IMG/VR virus record: IMGVR_UViG_3300047462_000311
Length of the DNA stretch: 59,143 bases
Source: a virus
Reading direction: 5' to 3' (one strand)
Shown here: positions 39,438 through 47,174 of the stretch, one piece after another
How the letters are laid out: every line of letters begins with the position of its first letter
How positions within the stretch are numbered: position 1 is the stretch's first letter
Notes under the pieces: generated by a model
Databases searched by the model: none
What the model was told of the DNA's origin: nothing
The model's input: only the letters and a program-made list of their open reading frames with translations
Position numbers and translations under genes: made by a program

Positions 39438-40468
39438 ACGTTGACCAACTGCTTGAAGCAACCAAAAAAGCCAAGCACGAACGTGCGGCGAACCTCGAGA
39501 AAAAAGCGCACAAAATTCTTCTTCGTGAAAATCTTACGCTCGTGGATTTGGCCGACCATCTTGATTGTGCGCCAAGGGAAGCCAACCAGATTATTCTAAA
39601 CCTTAGAAACAAGGGATATAACCTCAGCCTGCGAAACGGCGAGGCTTCGGTTGCTTCGGAGATACCTTGCAGCCCGCCGTTGGTAATAAGCTCCAAGCGC
39701 TTTTTTGACGGAAAGTGGCACAAGTTTGGCCTGCTTGGAGATACCCACCTTTGCTCGAAATGGGCACGTCTTGACGTGCTTCGCGCACTCTACGATATCT
39801 ACGAACGCGAGGGTGTAACCACGGTCCTCCACGCCGGAAACATTGTAGATGGAGAATGCCGGTTTAACCGGCACGAGTTGGTTGTTAAGAGCGGCTTCGA
39901 GCCGCAAGCAGAATACCTTGCAGCCGAATATCCCCAGCGGAAGGGGATCGAAACGTGGTTCATTACAGGGGAAGACCATGAGGGCTGGTGGGTACAGCGC
40001 GAGGGTATTAACGTAGGCGAGCGTTTGCAGCAAACAGCGCAAAAAGCCGGGCGCAACGATCTGCGCTGGATTGGGCACACGGAGCGAGATATTTACTTCA
40101 AGGCCAAAAATGGCTCTGCCTGGGCCCGCATCATGCACCCTGGCGGAGGAACGGCATACGCCATAAGCTATACCACGCAGAAGCTCGTAGAAAGCTTCCA
40201 AGGCGGAGAAAAACCGCACATGCTCTTCGTAGGACACTACCACAAGTATGAACACGGATACCCGCGCGAGGTGCACGTCGTGCAGAGCGGCTGCGTACAG
40301 GATCAGAGCTCATTTATGCGGCGTCGCAAAATACAGGCCCATGTCGGCGGAGCGATTGTACGCTTTCACCAGTCGGATTCAGGTGAGATCAGCCGGTTCG
40401 TTTGCGAATGGATACCATTCTACGACCGAAAGTTCTACGCTGGTACTGACAAATTTTCTACGTGGTGA
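39434..40468 (+). CDS. Metallophosphoesterase with N-terminal winged-helix-like region (344 aa)
   Basis: Calcineurin-like motifs GDTH, GNIVDGE and GHYH. N-terminal LTLVDLADHLDCAPREANQIILNLRNKGY. Confidence 0.7.
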   Translation: MNVDQLLEATKKAKHERAANLEKKAHKILLRENLTLVDLADHLDCAPREANQIILNLRNKGYNLSLRNGEASVASEIPCSPPLVISSKRFFDGKWHKFGLLGDTHLCSKWARLDVLRALYDIYEREGVTTVLHAGNIVDGECRFNRHELVVKSGFEPQAEYLAAEYPQRKGIETWFITGEDHEGWWVQREGINVGERLQQTAQKAGRNDLRWIGHTERDIYFKAKNGSAWARIMHPGGGTAYAISYTTQKLVESFQGGEKPHMLFVGHYHKYEHGYPREVHVVQSGCVQDQSSFMRRRKIQAHVGGAIVRFHQSDSGEISRFVCEWIPFYDRKFYAGTDKFSTW

Positions 40469-40498
40469 TTGACATTCGCCATGTCGCGGAGATATAAC
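40469..40498 (+). promoter_or_regulatory. Sigma70-like promoter upstream of integrase (TTGACA-N18-TATAAC)
   Basis: -35 at 40469..40474 and -10 at 40493..40498. Confidence 0.5.
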
Positions 40499-40610
40499 AT
40501 GCGTCATGGCGTCCCATCCCCTCTTGCCTCTGCCCGATGAGGACTCTTCCGGCTCATCTGCTACAATTGCCGCCGAGGCAATCGAGTCATCAGCCCAAAA
40601 GGGGGGTTCG

Positions 40611-41780
40611 ATGGCTCAAAGGCGTTTTCAAAGAGGCACAGTTTTTCTGCGAGGAAAGAATCCAGTATGGGTTGGCCGATACCTGGAGGATGTAATTCTG
40701 CCGGGTTCTCCCAACCCTGTCCGCGTGCGAAAGTCGGTGGTTCTGGGCACCAAAAGAGAGTATCCAACCAAGCGCCTGGCACAGCGCCGGATGGAAGTTA
40801 TTCTCGCCAGGATCAACGATTACTCCTATCGTCCCGGAAGGGTAGCCACGGTCGAGCAGTTCGCCGAAAGGTGGATGGCGCAAGTCGTTTCCAAGCTGAA
40901 GTCCTCCACCGCGCACGGCTACGCAGCGCATTTGAAAAACCAGATCGTTCCGCTTCTCGGCAAGTTGCGGCTTGACCAATTGGGAGTGGAAAACCAGCAA
41001 GTCTTTGTCACGCAGATTGCCGGCAAGGTCTCGCGGACGACCACAAAGAACATCCTTGCCACGCTGTCATCCATGCTTGGCACAGCCAAGAATTGGGGAT
41101 ATGCCTGCGAAACCGTTCATCTCAACCGGCTTGTCTTTCCAGAGCGAGGGGTGCGGCAGCGACGAACGGGTTTTTCTCCTAGCCAGGCGGCCCAGATCAT
41201 CGCGACGGCCCAGGGGCAATACCGGGTGATGTTTGCTCTTGCGGCAATGACTGGCCTGCGCGTAGGAGAAATACTAGGCCTACAAACCTCGGATTTCGAC
41301 TTCGAGCGCCGGATTTTTCATGTGCGCCGTTCGGTCTGGCGCGGCAAGCTACAAACCCCTAAGAGCACCAGCAGCGAATCTTCCCTTCCCCTCCCTGACG
41401 CCTTGGCAGCGATCGTGCACGAGTACATCGCCACGATACGGCCAGGGTTCCTTTTCCTCAACAATCGCGGCAGTCTCTTCATTGCCGAAAATGTCGTGCG
41501 CCAGCAACTCGTGCCAATCCTGCGTGCGCTCGGCATCCCGATAATCCCACGCCAAACTAGCTTCCACGCCTTCAGGCATCTGCATACCAGCATGCTGCTG
41601 GCGGCGGGAGCACCCGCATCCGTGGCCCAGGCACAACTGCGTCATGCCGATCCGCGCGTAACCCTTGGCATTTATGGGCATGTCATTGGCGACGAGCAGC
41701 GGCAAGCCGTGGAAAAAGTAGCGGCGATTCTTGTCCCAACTTGTCCCAAACAGAAGCCGGTCGGCGAATGGATTCAATGA
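40611..41780 (+). CDS. int: Tyrosine integrase
   Basis: AAGGGGGG before ATG 40611. C-terminal catalytic signature GLRVGE..HAFRHLH..LRHADPRVTLGIYGH (R-H-R-Y type). Confidence 0.9.
   Translation: MAQRRFQRGTVFLRGKNPVWVGRYLEDVILPGSPNPVRVRKSVVLGTKREYPTKRLAQRRMEVILARINDYSYRPGRVATVEQFAERWMAQVVSKLKSSTAHGYAAHLKNQIVPLLGKLRLDQLGVENQQVFVTQIAGKVSRTTTKNILATLSSMLGTAKNWGYACETVHLNRLVFPERGVRQRRTGFSPSQAAQIIATAQGQYRVMFALAAMTGLRVGEILGLQTSDFDFERRIFHVRRSVWRGKLQTPKSTSSESSLPLPDALAAIVHEYIATIRPGFLFLNNRGSLFIAENVVRQQLVPILRALGIPIIPRQTSFHAFRHLHTSMLLAAGAPASVAQAQLRHADPRVTLGIYGHVIGDEQRQAVEKVAAILVPTCPKQKPVGEWIQ
41731..41750 (+). repeat. Tandem TTGTCCCAA(C/A) x2 inside the integrase 3' end
   Basis: ttgtcccaac ttgtcccaaa read directly. 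The same TGTCCCA core recurs at 41894..41913. Confidence 0.8.
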
Positions 41781-41790
41781 TTTAACGGCG

Positions 41791-41821
41791 GAGGCGTGTG
41801 GAAGTCGAATCCACACGCCTC
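41791..41821 (+). terminator. 12-bp perfect hairpin downstream of integrase (terminator or attP element)
   Basis: GAGGCGTGTGGA-AGTCGAA-TCCACACGCCTC. No T-tract follows. Confidence 0.5.
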
Positions 41822-41893
41822 TCCTAACTTCTTGATGATTCGATTGCCTTTATGGATACGGAGACGAAAAACGAGGCCCTAATTGGCTGTTTT

Positions 41894-41913
41894 TTGTCCC
41901 AATTCTGTCCCAT
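41894..41913 (+). repeat. TTGTCCCAA / CTGTCCCAT direct repeats
   Basis: ttgtcccaattctgtcccat, in the intergenic region between the integrase hairpin and the leftward gene. Confidence 0.8.
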
Positions 41914-41916
41914 TTT

Positions 41917-42210
41917 TTAGGCGAGCGTAAGGCGTTCTCCTCGGTGCGTAAGCCACGCCGTATGGGGGCCCGGTTCGATGACGGCTCCGGCTTTGAGGGC
42001 CGCGATGATCTGATTCCGTTTTTCGTCTCGCCTCTTCAGGGACTCCCTGAGCTTGCGCTGATCTTGGCGCACCTGGTCCTCCAGGAGCCCAAGTTCGGTC
42101 AGATCGAGCTGGAGCAGTTGATTGGACGTGCGAATTGGCACAACGGAACAGCGATGACCAGCAGCGGGCATTCCACGACCGGTCACAAAGCGGACTGGGT
42201 TGGCCGCCAT
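41917..42210 (-). CDS. Hypothetical protein (97 aa), distal gene of the leftward lysogeny-side unit
   Basis: AGGAGG 7 nt before ATG 42210. Coiled-coil-like LLEDQVRQDQRKLRESLKRRDEKRNQ. Confidence 0.5.
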   Translation of the reverse strand: MAANPVRFVTGRGMPAAGHRCSVVPIRTSNQLLQLDLTELGLLEDQVRQDQRKLRESLKRRDEKRNQIIAALKAGAVIEPGPHTAWLTHRGERLTLA

Positions 42211-42275
42211 CTCTACCCCTCCTGGTTGTGAATCTCCTCGCTGGAAGGAGCAAGGATGCGGCGGATTATGTATAG

Positions 42276-42611
42276 TCACGCGGAACGTGTCAAGCCAGAT
42301 TTTACCTTCTTCGAACCGTGTACAATTTGACTTTCCCTGTCGGCTTCCGCAAGGACGGATGACCGGCTGGCCCGCATTGCCTCGTGCTGCTTGATGGCGT
42401 AGCGAAGAATCGAGGGTTCGGGTAATTCCGTCCACTCACGCACAAGGCCCTGGGCACGCGCCTGTTCGGGCGTCAGGTGCGCCAGAAGGAACTGCTCAAG
42501 AACGGTCCGCGCCAGCTCGGAAGAATTGCCATCCATGATCTTGTCGGCCAGTAACTTAAATGCCTTCCTCTTGGCCTGCGGCCACGGAAAGCCAAAGATC
42601 GAACGGGTCAT
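42276..42611 (-). CDS. Hypothetical protein (111 aa); repressor candidate by position only
   Basis: GGAG 8 nt upstream. Transcribed divergently from the early operon, starting at a TTGACA-N16-TACAAT promoter. No HTH recognised. Confidence 0.5.
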   Translation of the reverse strand: MTRSIFGFPWPQAKRKAFKLLADKIMDGNSSELARTVLEQFLLAHLTPEQARAQGLVREWTELPEPSILRYAIKQHEAMRASRSSVLAEADRESQIVHGSKKVKSGLTRSA

Positions 42612-42657
42612 ATATTTTGCTCCATTGCTTGCTCCACTAGTCCCGTAAGGTCAGACG

Positions 42658-42685
42658 ATTGTAGATGCCGCAACGGCGGTGTCAA
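42658..42685 (-). promoter_or_regulatory. Leftward sigma70-like promoter (TTGACA-N16-TACAAT)
   Basis: On the minus strand the -35 is at 42685..42680 and the -10 at 42663..42658. Confidence 0.6.
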
Positions 42686-42729
42686 GTAGCGCTTTCCTGT
42701 AGGACCTCCAGCTTGGCAGTACTAACACT

Positions 42730-42799
42730 CACACAATCAGGTGTGTCAGCACACTGTGCAAAAAAAATGCTTGACAAGTGTTGTGTCACTGGCGGATAA
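42730..42799 (+). promoter_or_regulatory. Operator cluster plus rightward early promoter (TTGACA 42771..42776, GATAAG-like -10)
   Basis: Overlapping palindromes CACAC-N6-GTGTG (42730..42745), GTGTCAGCACAC (42743..42754) and GCACACTGTGC (42749..42759). TGACA-N7-TGTCA (42772..42788) spans the -35. Confidence 0.55.
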
Positions 42800-42837
42800 G
42801 GTCTGTGCAACGCAACGATCTGTGAGGGAGGCGCCTT

Positions 42838-42981
42838 GTGGATCACCTAAACCCGTCGGATTCCGTTTATCCCCTGAAAGAAGCCTGGAACGAGGGCTGG
42901 AACGTGGGCTTCCGGTGCGGCGCAGCCGCAATGCTGTTCCTCGGAAGTGCTGCGGCCTTGCTCTGGGTGGTGCTGCGATGA
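42838..42981 (+). CDS. Small membrane protein (47 aa, GTG start)
   Basis: GGGAGG 6 nt upstream. C-terminal hydrophobic AAAMLFLGSAAALLWVVL. ATGA junction to the next ORF. Below the ORF-track length cutoff. Confidence 0.4.
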   Translation: MDHLNPSDSVYPLKEAWNEGWNVGFRCGAAAMLFLGSAAALLWVVLR

Positions 42982-43178
42982 GCGAGCGCGGCGAATGCCC
43001 CGTGTGCGGAGAATCCCTCTGCAAGCACGGATCATGCACTGACAACTGTACGCCGTGGAAGGACGGCTGTCCGAACGCTAACTGCCAGGATTGCGCGGAG
43101 GCAGCATTCGAGCGGCGGCTCAATGACTACTACGGAAGCAGTATTCCGCAGACCGAGTACGAGGACATACGCCAATGA
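42978..43178 (+). CDS. Cys-rich small protein (66 aa)
   Basis: MSERGECPVCGESLCKHGSCTDNCTPWKDGCPNANCQDC. Translationally coupled on both sides. Confidence 0.55.
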   Translation: MSERGECPVCGESLCKHGSCTDNCTPWKDGCPNANCQDCAEAAFERRLNDYYGSSIPQTEYEDIRQ

Positions 43179-43453
43179 AAATGTTCCAAGTCATTTGCGA
43201 CGAATGCGGCGCAACCAAGAAGGAAACGAACCATTGGTGGAAAGTCTACGTTACCAGAGATGCCTGCTTGGCCATCAGCCCCTACAGCGAGGACGTTGTA
43301 GGAAAAGACGTCTGCGGGCAAGCCTGCGCTTCAAAGGCCGTAAGCCGGTGGATGGCCACCGGATTTCTTGATTCACCAGCACTGAGGGGTGCTGCCTATG
43401 CTGATGAGATTGAGGCAGAAAATTGGGAAAAAAGAGCAATTGGTGCTGATTAA
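43175..43453 (+). CDS. Zn-binding small protein (92 aa)
   Basis: CDEC and CGQAC pairs. ATGA start. Confidence 0.55.
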   Translation: MKMFQVICDECGATKKETNHWWKVYVTRDACLAISPYSEDVVGKDVCGQACASKAVSRWMATGFLDSPALRGAAYADEIEAENWEKRAIGAD

Positions 43454-43613
43454 CAGCGATCACGTCCAAGGCGTATTTCCGGCGCAAGAAGGATCCGCGC
43501 TCAGCTTCGGACTTAGGCCCGACGGAACGGACGACATCATCGAGGTCCGCGAATCCTTTGATGAGATCGAGCGGATATGGAGGAGCGGGGAACATGGGCA
43601 TGGAACCAGATAA
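43389..43613 (+). CDS. Hypothetical protein (start uncertain; TTG 43440 or GTG 43443 likely)
   Basis: Protein-like core LVLINSDHVQGVF..IIEVRESFDEIERIW. Confidence 0.45.
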   Translation: MLPMLMRLRQKIGKKEQLVLINSDHVQGVFPAQEGSALSFGLRPDGTDDIIEVRESFDEIERIWRSGEHGHGTR

Positions 43614-43875
43614 GGGGCGCGAACCTAGGAGCAGGCTTTTCGCCGCATGGTCATTTTTTAGTGCCATCTGCGCAGTCGCGTGGATGGCGATTTATTCGGT
43701 TTTTGGAGTGGGCTTTGCCGCTTATCCGGCGGCAAATCAGAGGAGAAAAAACCATGAATCTGTTGGGCAAGGCAAATGGAAGTATAGAAGAGACCGCAGC
43801 GCCAATTGTCCCGCGTGCGCCCGAGGTAATTACTCAGAGCGAGGAGACAATCGATCAGAAGCTCGCGCGTGCTGA
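43594..43875 (+). CDS. Possible small membrane protein (overlaps next gene by about 120 nt)
   Basis: GGAGGA about 9 nt before ATG 43594. Hydrophobic LFAAWSFFSAICAVAWMAIYSVFGVGFAAY. The tail is probably not genuine. Confidence 0.3.
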   Translation: MGMEPDKGREPRSRLFAAWSFFSAICAVAWMAIYSVFGVGFAAYPAANQRRKNHESVGQGKWKYRRDRSANCPACARGNYSERGDNRSEARAC

Positions 43876-44935
43876 GAAGCACGTCGCGTTCCGCAAGGGC
43901 ATCTTAAGGCTCATTGCGGCACACCTCGAACCCGGAGAGGACGTTGTCCTCTATGGCGACGGCGACAAACAAACAGTCCATCTAACGAAGCACGCATGCA
44001 AGCAGATTCTCGGATGGGCCGGTATTACCGTCCAGCTTGACAGCACCATTCAGGAGAAAAAGTACGAGGGCGTGGACGGCCCTTACATCGATTTCGAGGC
44101 GTGGGCTACCTGGCTCACGCCGGATGGCCGTTACTACCGCGCAATGGGCAATCGCTCGAGTTATGACGATTTCTTCGCCAAGCGAACGCGTTATGTATGC
44201 CCGCACGAAGACTGCCGGGCGCTCACAGAGTTTGGCAAGGGATGCCCGAAGCATGGCCGCGTTACACCTGTCAAGGAGGCGTACTACCTGCCGATTTCCG
44301 AGGTGGACCTTCCGTCGATCAAGCAAGCGGCCATTACGAACCTGTGGAATCACATCGTCGAAGACGCCGGGCTGAAACCATCCAAGCGCGAGCTCGAAGC
44401 GATTGGTTTTCGCTTTGATGCGGTGAAAGAGCGCGTCTCGTTTTCGAGTGCACAAGCTCCGCTGAGCGCCTCCTCAGCGGCCTCCAAGGGTGCGGCAAAA
44501 ACGCCAGCGGCGAAGCCTGCCGATGCCGCACCCTCCCCCCGTCCGAAACCAACAGAAAAAACGGAACTGCCGATCGGCAAGGGCATTGTCAGTGAGGCCT
44601 ACAAGAACACCACAAGGCCCAAGAACGGCAAGGGAGGGGGCAAGCCGTACGTGAAGGTCGTACAGAACGGGCATTTCCTCTTCTGCTACCACGACAAGGA
44701 GGTCGAGACCAGGGACGGCGCGAAAAACATACTGGATTTGATCGCCAATTCCGTCGGCCAATTCTGCGACTTCATTGTCGATTCAAAACAAAGAGGCGAC
44801 GAGCAAATCAACTACATAAACGGAGCCAGGAGAATCGGGGTTCACTCCTGGAATGACGATGGCACTCCGATTATCCCGCAGCGCCAGCCAGGCGACGATG
44901 GCTACCAGGCCGACGATGAGGATATTCCCTTCTAG
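43754..44935 (+). CDS. ssDNA-binding / annealing-type protein with SSB-like acidic C-terminal tip (393 aa)
   Basis: AGGAGA upstream. Ends in DDGYQADDEDIPF, mimicking the bacterial SSB tail (DDDIPF). A/P/S linker. The Cas4-like nuclease gene lies immediately downstream. Confidence 0.55.
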   Translation: MNLLGKANGSIEETAAPIVPRAPEVITQSEETIDQKLARAEKHVAFRKGILRLIAAHLEPGEDVVLYGDGDKQTVHLTKHACKQILGWAGITVQLDSTIQEKKYEGVDGPYIDFEAWATWLTPDGRYYRAMGNRSSYDDFFAKRTRYVCPHEDCRALTEFGKGCPKHGRVTPVKEAYYLPISEVDLPSIKQAAITNLWNHIVEDAGLKPSKRELEAIGFRFDAVKERVSFSSAQAPLSASSAASKGAAKTPAAKPADAAPSPRPKPTEKTELPIGKGIVSEAYKNTTRPKNGKGGGKPYVKVVQNGHFLFCYHDKEVETRDGAKNILDLIANSVGQFCDFIVDSKQRGDEQINYINGARRIGVHSWNDDGTPIIPQRQPGDDGYQADDEDIPF

Positions 44936-44947
44936 GGGGAGGCGAGT

Positions 44948-45976
44948 ATGGCAACCACGCAAGTACTCGAACAGGAGCAGGAACTCACCCCCGAACGCTT
45001 GATCGAGGACTACAAGACACTCAAGCGGGCCCGGCAACATTCGTCTATGGCGTCGGCGAACTGGGTGACGGTGCTGGCGCACGAGTGTGAGGCCTACGCC
45101 GTATTCAACCGGACCGTGCCACCGAATGAACGCCGTCCGCTGAAAGAGTCCCTCGGCATGCTCTTTGCCGAGGGAAACGACCAAGCCCGCGCAATTAAGA
45201 GAGACCTTCTGGACGCGGGCTATGAAGTTGAAGGCGCGGAAGATCAGATGGCTTGGCCGCGCTATCAGATCACTGGCCGGCAAGACCTCAAGATACGCAG
45301 GCCTGGCACGAAACGCGGCGTGAACGCGGAAATCAAGTCGTGTTCGCCGTTCACTTTTGACTCGATCAACAGCGTGGCGGACCTGCGCCATCACAAATGG
45401 TCATTCGTGCGCAAGTGGGACCGCCAAGTCTGCCTGTACATGGTTCTCCAGAGCGTCTCGCGTTATTGGCTCATTCTCAAAAACAAGTCCACTGGAGCGA
45501 TAAAGATCATCGAGTACACGCTCGGCGATGAAGAATTGCAAGTGGCAGAGGCGCTCATTGGCAAAGCCGAGAGGGTAAACAGGCTGGTGCAAATAGCGCA
45601 GATGCCGGGAGCGGAGCAAAAATTATCTGACCCGGATGTGTGTGGAGAGTGCGAATTTCTTCACGTGTGCCTGCCGGAAATGGAGTTTGGCCCAGGAGCC
45701 AAAGTGCTTACAGAGGAAAGCGCTTCTGAGCTTGCGCAAAAAACGGAAAGGCTGCTCGAACTGCGCCCTCTAGCCAAAGAATACGAAGCGCTTGATGACG
45801 AACTCAAGGAAGAAGTCAAGGCGCTTTGTGCTGACGGGAGCGAGCAAGTGGTGTACGGCGACTATGTCGCCACTGTCAAACGCATACAGGTGAATGGCAG
45901 CCCGGAAAAGGTCGTTCCAGCGAAACCGGGATATGTCCAGCAAAGAGTGACATTCATCAGGGCGGCGGCGCCGTGA
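44948..45976 (+). CDS. PD-(D/E)XK nuclease, Cas4/RecB-like with Fe-S cysteines
   Basis: D..EIK core (RQDLKIR..VNAEIKS), one N-terminal Cys (HECEAY) and C-terminal CGECEFLHVC (CX2CX5C). Confidence 0.7.
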   Translation: MATTQVLEQEQELTPERLIEDYKTLKRARQHSSMASANWVTVLAHECEAYAVFNRTVPPNERRPLKESLGMLFAEGNDQARAIKRDLLDAGYEVEGAEDQMAWPRYQITGRQDLKIRRPGTKRGVNAEIKSCSPFTFDSINSVADLRHHKWSFVRKWDRQVCLYMVLQSVSRYWLILKNKSTGAIKIIEYTLGDEELQVAEALIGKAERVNRLVQIAQMPGAEQKLSDPDVCGECEFLHVCLPEMEFGPGAKVLTEESASELAQKTERLLELRPLAKEYEALDDELKEEVKALCADGSEQVVYGDYVATVKRIQVNGSPEKVVPAKPGYVQQRVTFIRAAAP

Positions 45977-46087
45977 AGCTAGAAGTCACAGCGCGGTGCC
46001 CGGTCCACGCGGACTGCCGCATCCATATCGATAAATTGCCAAACGGAGAGGGGGTTTCCAACCACGTAAGAACTCTGGAGGGCATCG

Positions 46088-46216
46088 ATGCAGGAAATAA
46101 TTTACAACCGCCTGCGGACACAATTCGAGGCGATATTCAAGGTCCTGGCCGGAACGGAAGCGGAATCCGAGCTTGACGGACTGCTGTGGGCTCTTGCGAA
46201 GGAATTAGCCGACTGA
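46088..46216 (+). CDS. Small ORF (42 aa)
   Basis: GGAGGG 5 nt before the ATG. MQEIIYNRLRTQFEAIFKVLAGTEAESELDGLLWALAKELAD. Competes with the GTG ORF 45973..46176. Confidence 0.35.
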   Translation: MQEIIYNRLRTQFEAIFKVLAGTEAESELDGLLWALAKELAD

Positions 46217-46259
46217 AAGCAAATTCTGAACCAAAAACCAGTTCTGTGCAGAGAGGGTT

Positions 46260-47174
46260 ATGGCGGGTAAGCGCATGATCCACGATAGGGTTTGTGAATC
46301 GAGGAAGGTCAATTCCGTTGACTTTTACGCCGAAGTTTTGTGGGTGAGACTCCTCACGAAGGCCGATGACAACGGAAATTACTATCGAAGCGTGAAGAAA
46401 ATCCATGCAAATTGCATGGAAGATAAGGCTGGCGCGTCGGAAGAGAGAACAGAAAAGGCGATCAGATCGCTTATTGAGGTTGGCCTTCTCGGGGAATACG
46501 AGGCAGATGATCGCAAGTTCGTGCACGTCACAGACTTTCACGAATGGCAGGAATTGCGCGGCGACAAAGGCGCCAGAATAGACCATCCCTTGCATCCCGT
46601 TGAAATGGGAGGGGCTTACGTCGGCGAGGGATTGCGGCGAGATACCTGGGTTTCGCAGTCAGACCGCGGGATTGTTACCCCTGGGGAACCCGCAGGTAAT
46701 AGATCTGTTCCCCACGGGGAACCCGCAGGTAACAGATCTGTTCCCCGCAGGGAACAGGAAGGTAGCCTTGAAGTAGAAGTAGAAGTAGAAGCTAAGCTAG
46801 CTAAGCTAACTAGCGGCGATCTGAAAACCCTGAAAACCATCTTCCGAGAGCAAACAGGCGCGAAGGCGAAGGTCAGTAGAACTGGGAAAACCGCCGAAAG
46901 GCTCTCCGAGCTCCTGGAGAGATACGGCCTCAGCCCGGTCCTGGAAGCCATCCCGCAGTGGGTGGCGGATGAGGGTGGCAAGGAGGCGGTCCAAAACGAT
47001 AGGCGCAAGAGGGAGTGGGCGTTTGCTAATTTCATCCGGGACGCCCAGGAAATCATCGAGGCACAAAAATGCGGGGTATTCGCCGATGGAGACAGCGATG
47101 AAATCCTGCGTGTTTCCTCGAAGAGTTCGGCTGATGTAATCAGCGAGCTAAAGAGCCGGGGTCTGATGCGATGA
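46260..47174 (+). CDS. Replication initiator / replisome organiser candidate (304 aa) containing iterons
   Basis: Lies upstream of and ATGA-coupled to dnaB. N-terminal winged-helix-like region. Internal 33-bp repeats as in lambda O-type initiators. Confidence 0.5.
   Translation: MAGKRMIHDRVCESRKVNSVDFYAEVLWVRLLTKADDNGNYYRSVKKIHANCMEDKAGASEERTEKAIRSLIEVGLLGEYEADDRKFVHVTDFHEWQELRGDKGARIDHPLHPVEMGGAYVGEGLRRDTWVSQSDRGIVTPGEPAGNRSVPHGEPAGNRSVPRREQEGSLEVEVEVEAKLAKLTSGDLKTLKTIFREQTGAKAKVSRTGKTAERLSELLERYGLSPVLEAIPQWVADEGGKEAVQNDRRKREWAFANFIRDAQEIIEAQKCGVFADGDSDEILRVSSKSSADVISELKSRGLMR
46683..46746 (+). repeat. Two 31-nt iteron-like repeats (period 33), each an inverted repeat GGGGAAC..GTTCCCC; candidate replication origin
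   Basis: ggggaacccgcaggtaa(t/c)agatctgttcccc occurs at 46683..46713 and 46716..46746. It is followed by a partial third copy, (gaagta)x3 and ctaagcta repeats up to about 46810. Confidence 0.6.

Noticed and set aside
41791-41821. Possible tRNA 3' fragment (GTCGAATCC-like T-loop) as an attP core
   Set aside because: The sequence folds as a simple 12-bp perfect hairpin. No T-arm plus acceptor arrangement can be drawn and no CCA or discriminator context is present. It is kept only as a hairpin/attP-region element.
46683-46746. CRISPR-like repeat
   Set aside because: There are only two and a half copies with a 2-nt spacing, in frame inside a coding gene, and no cas genes. It is interpreted as iterons.
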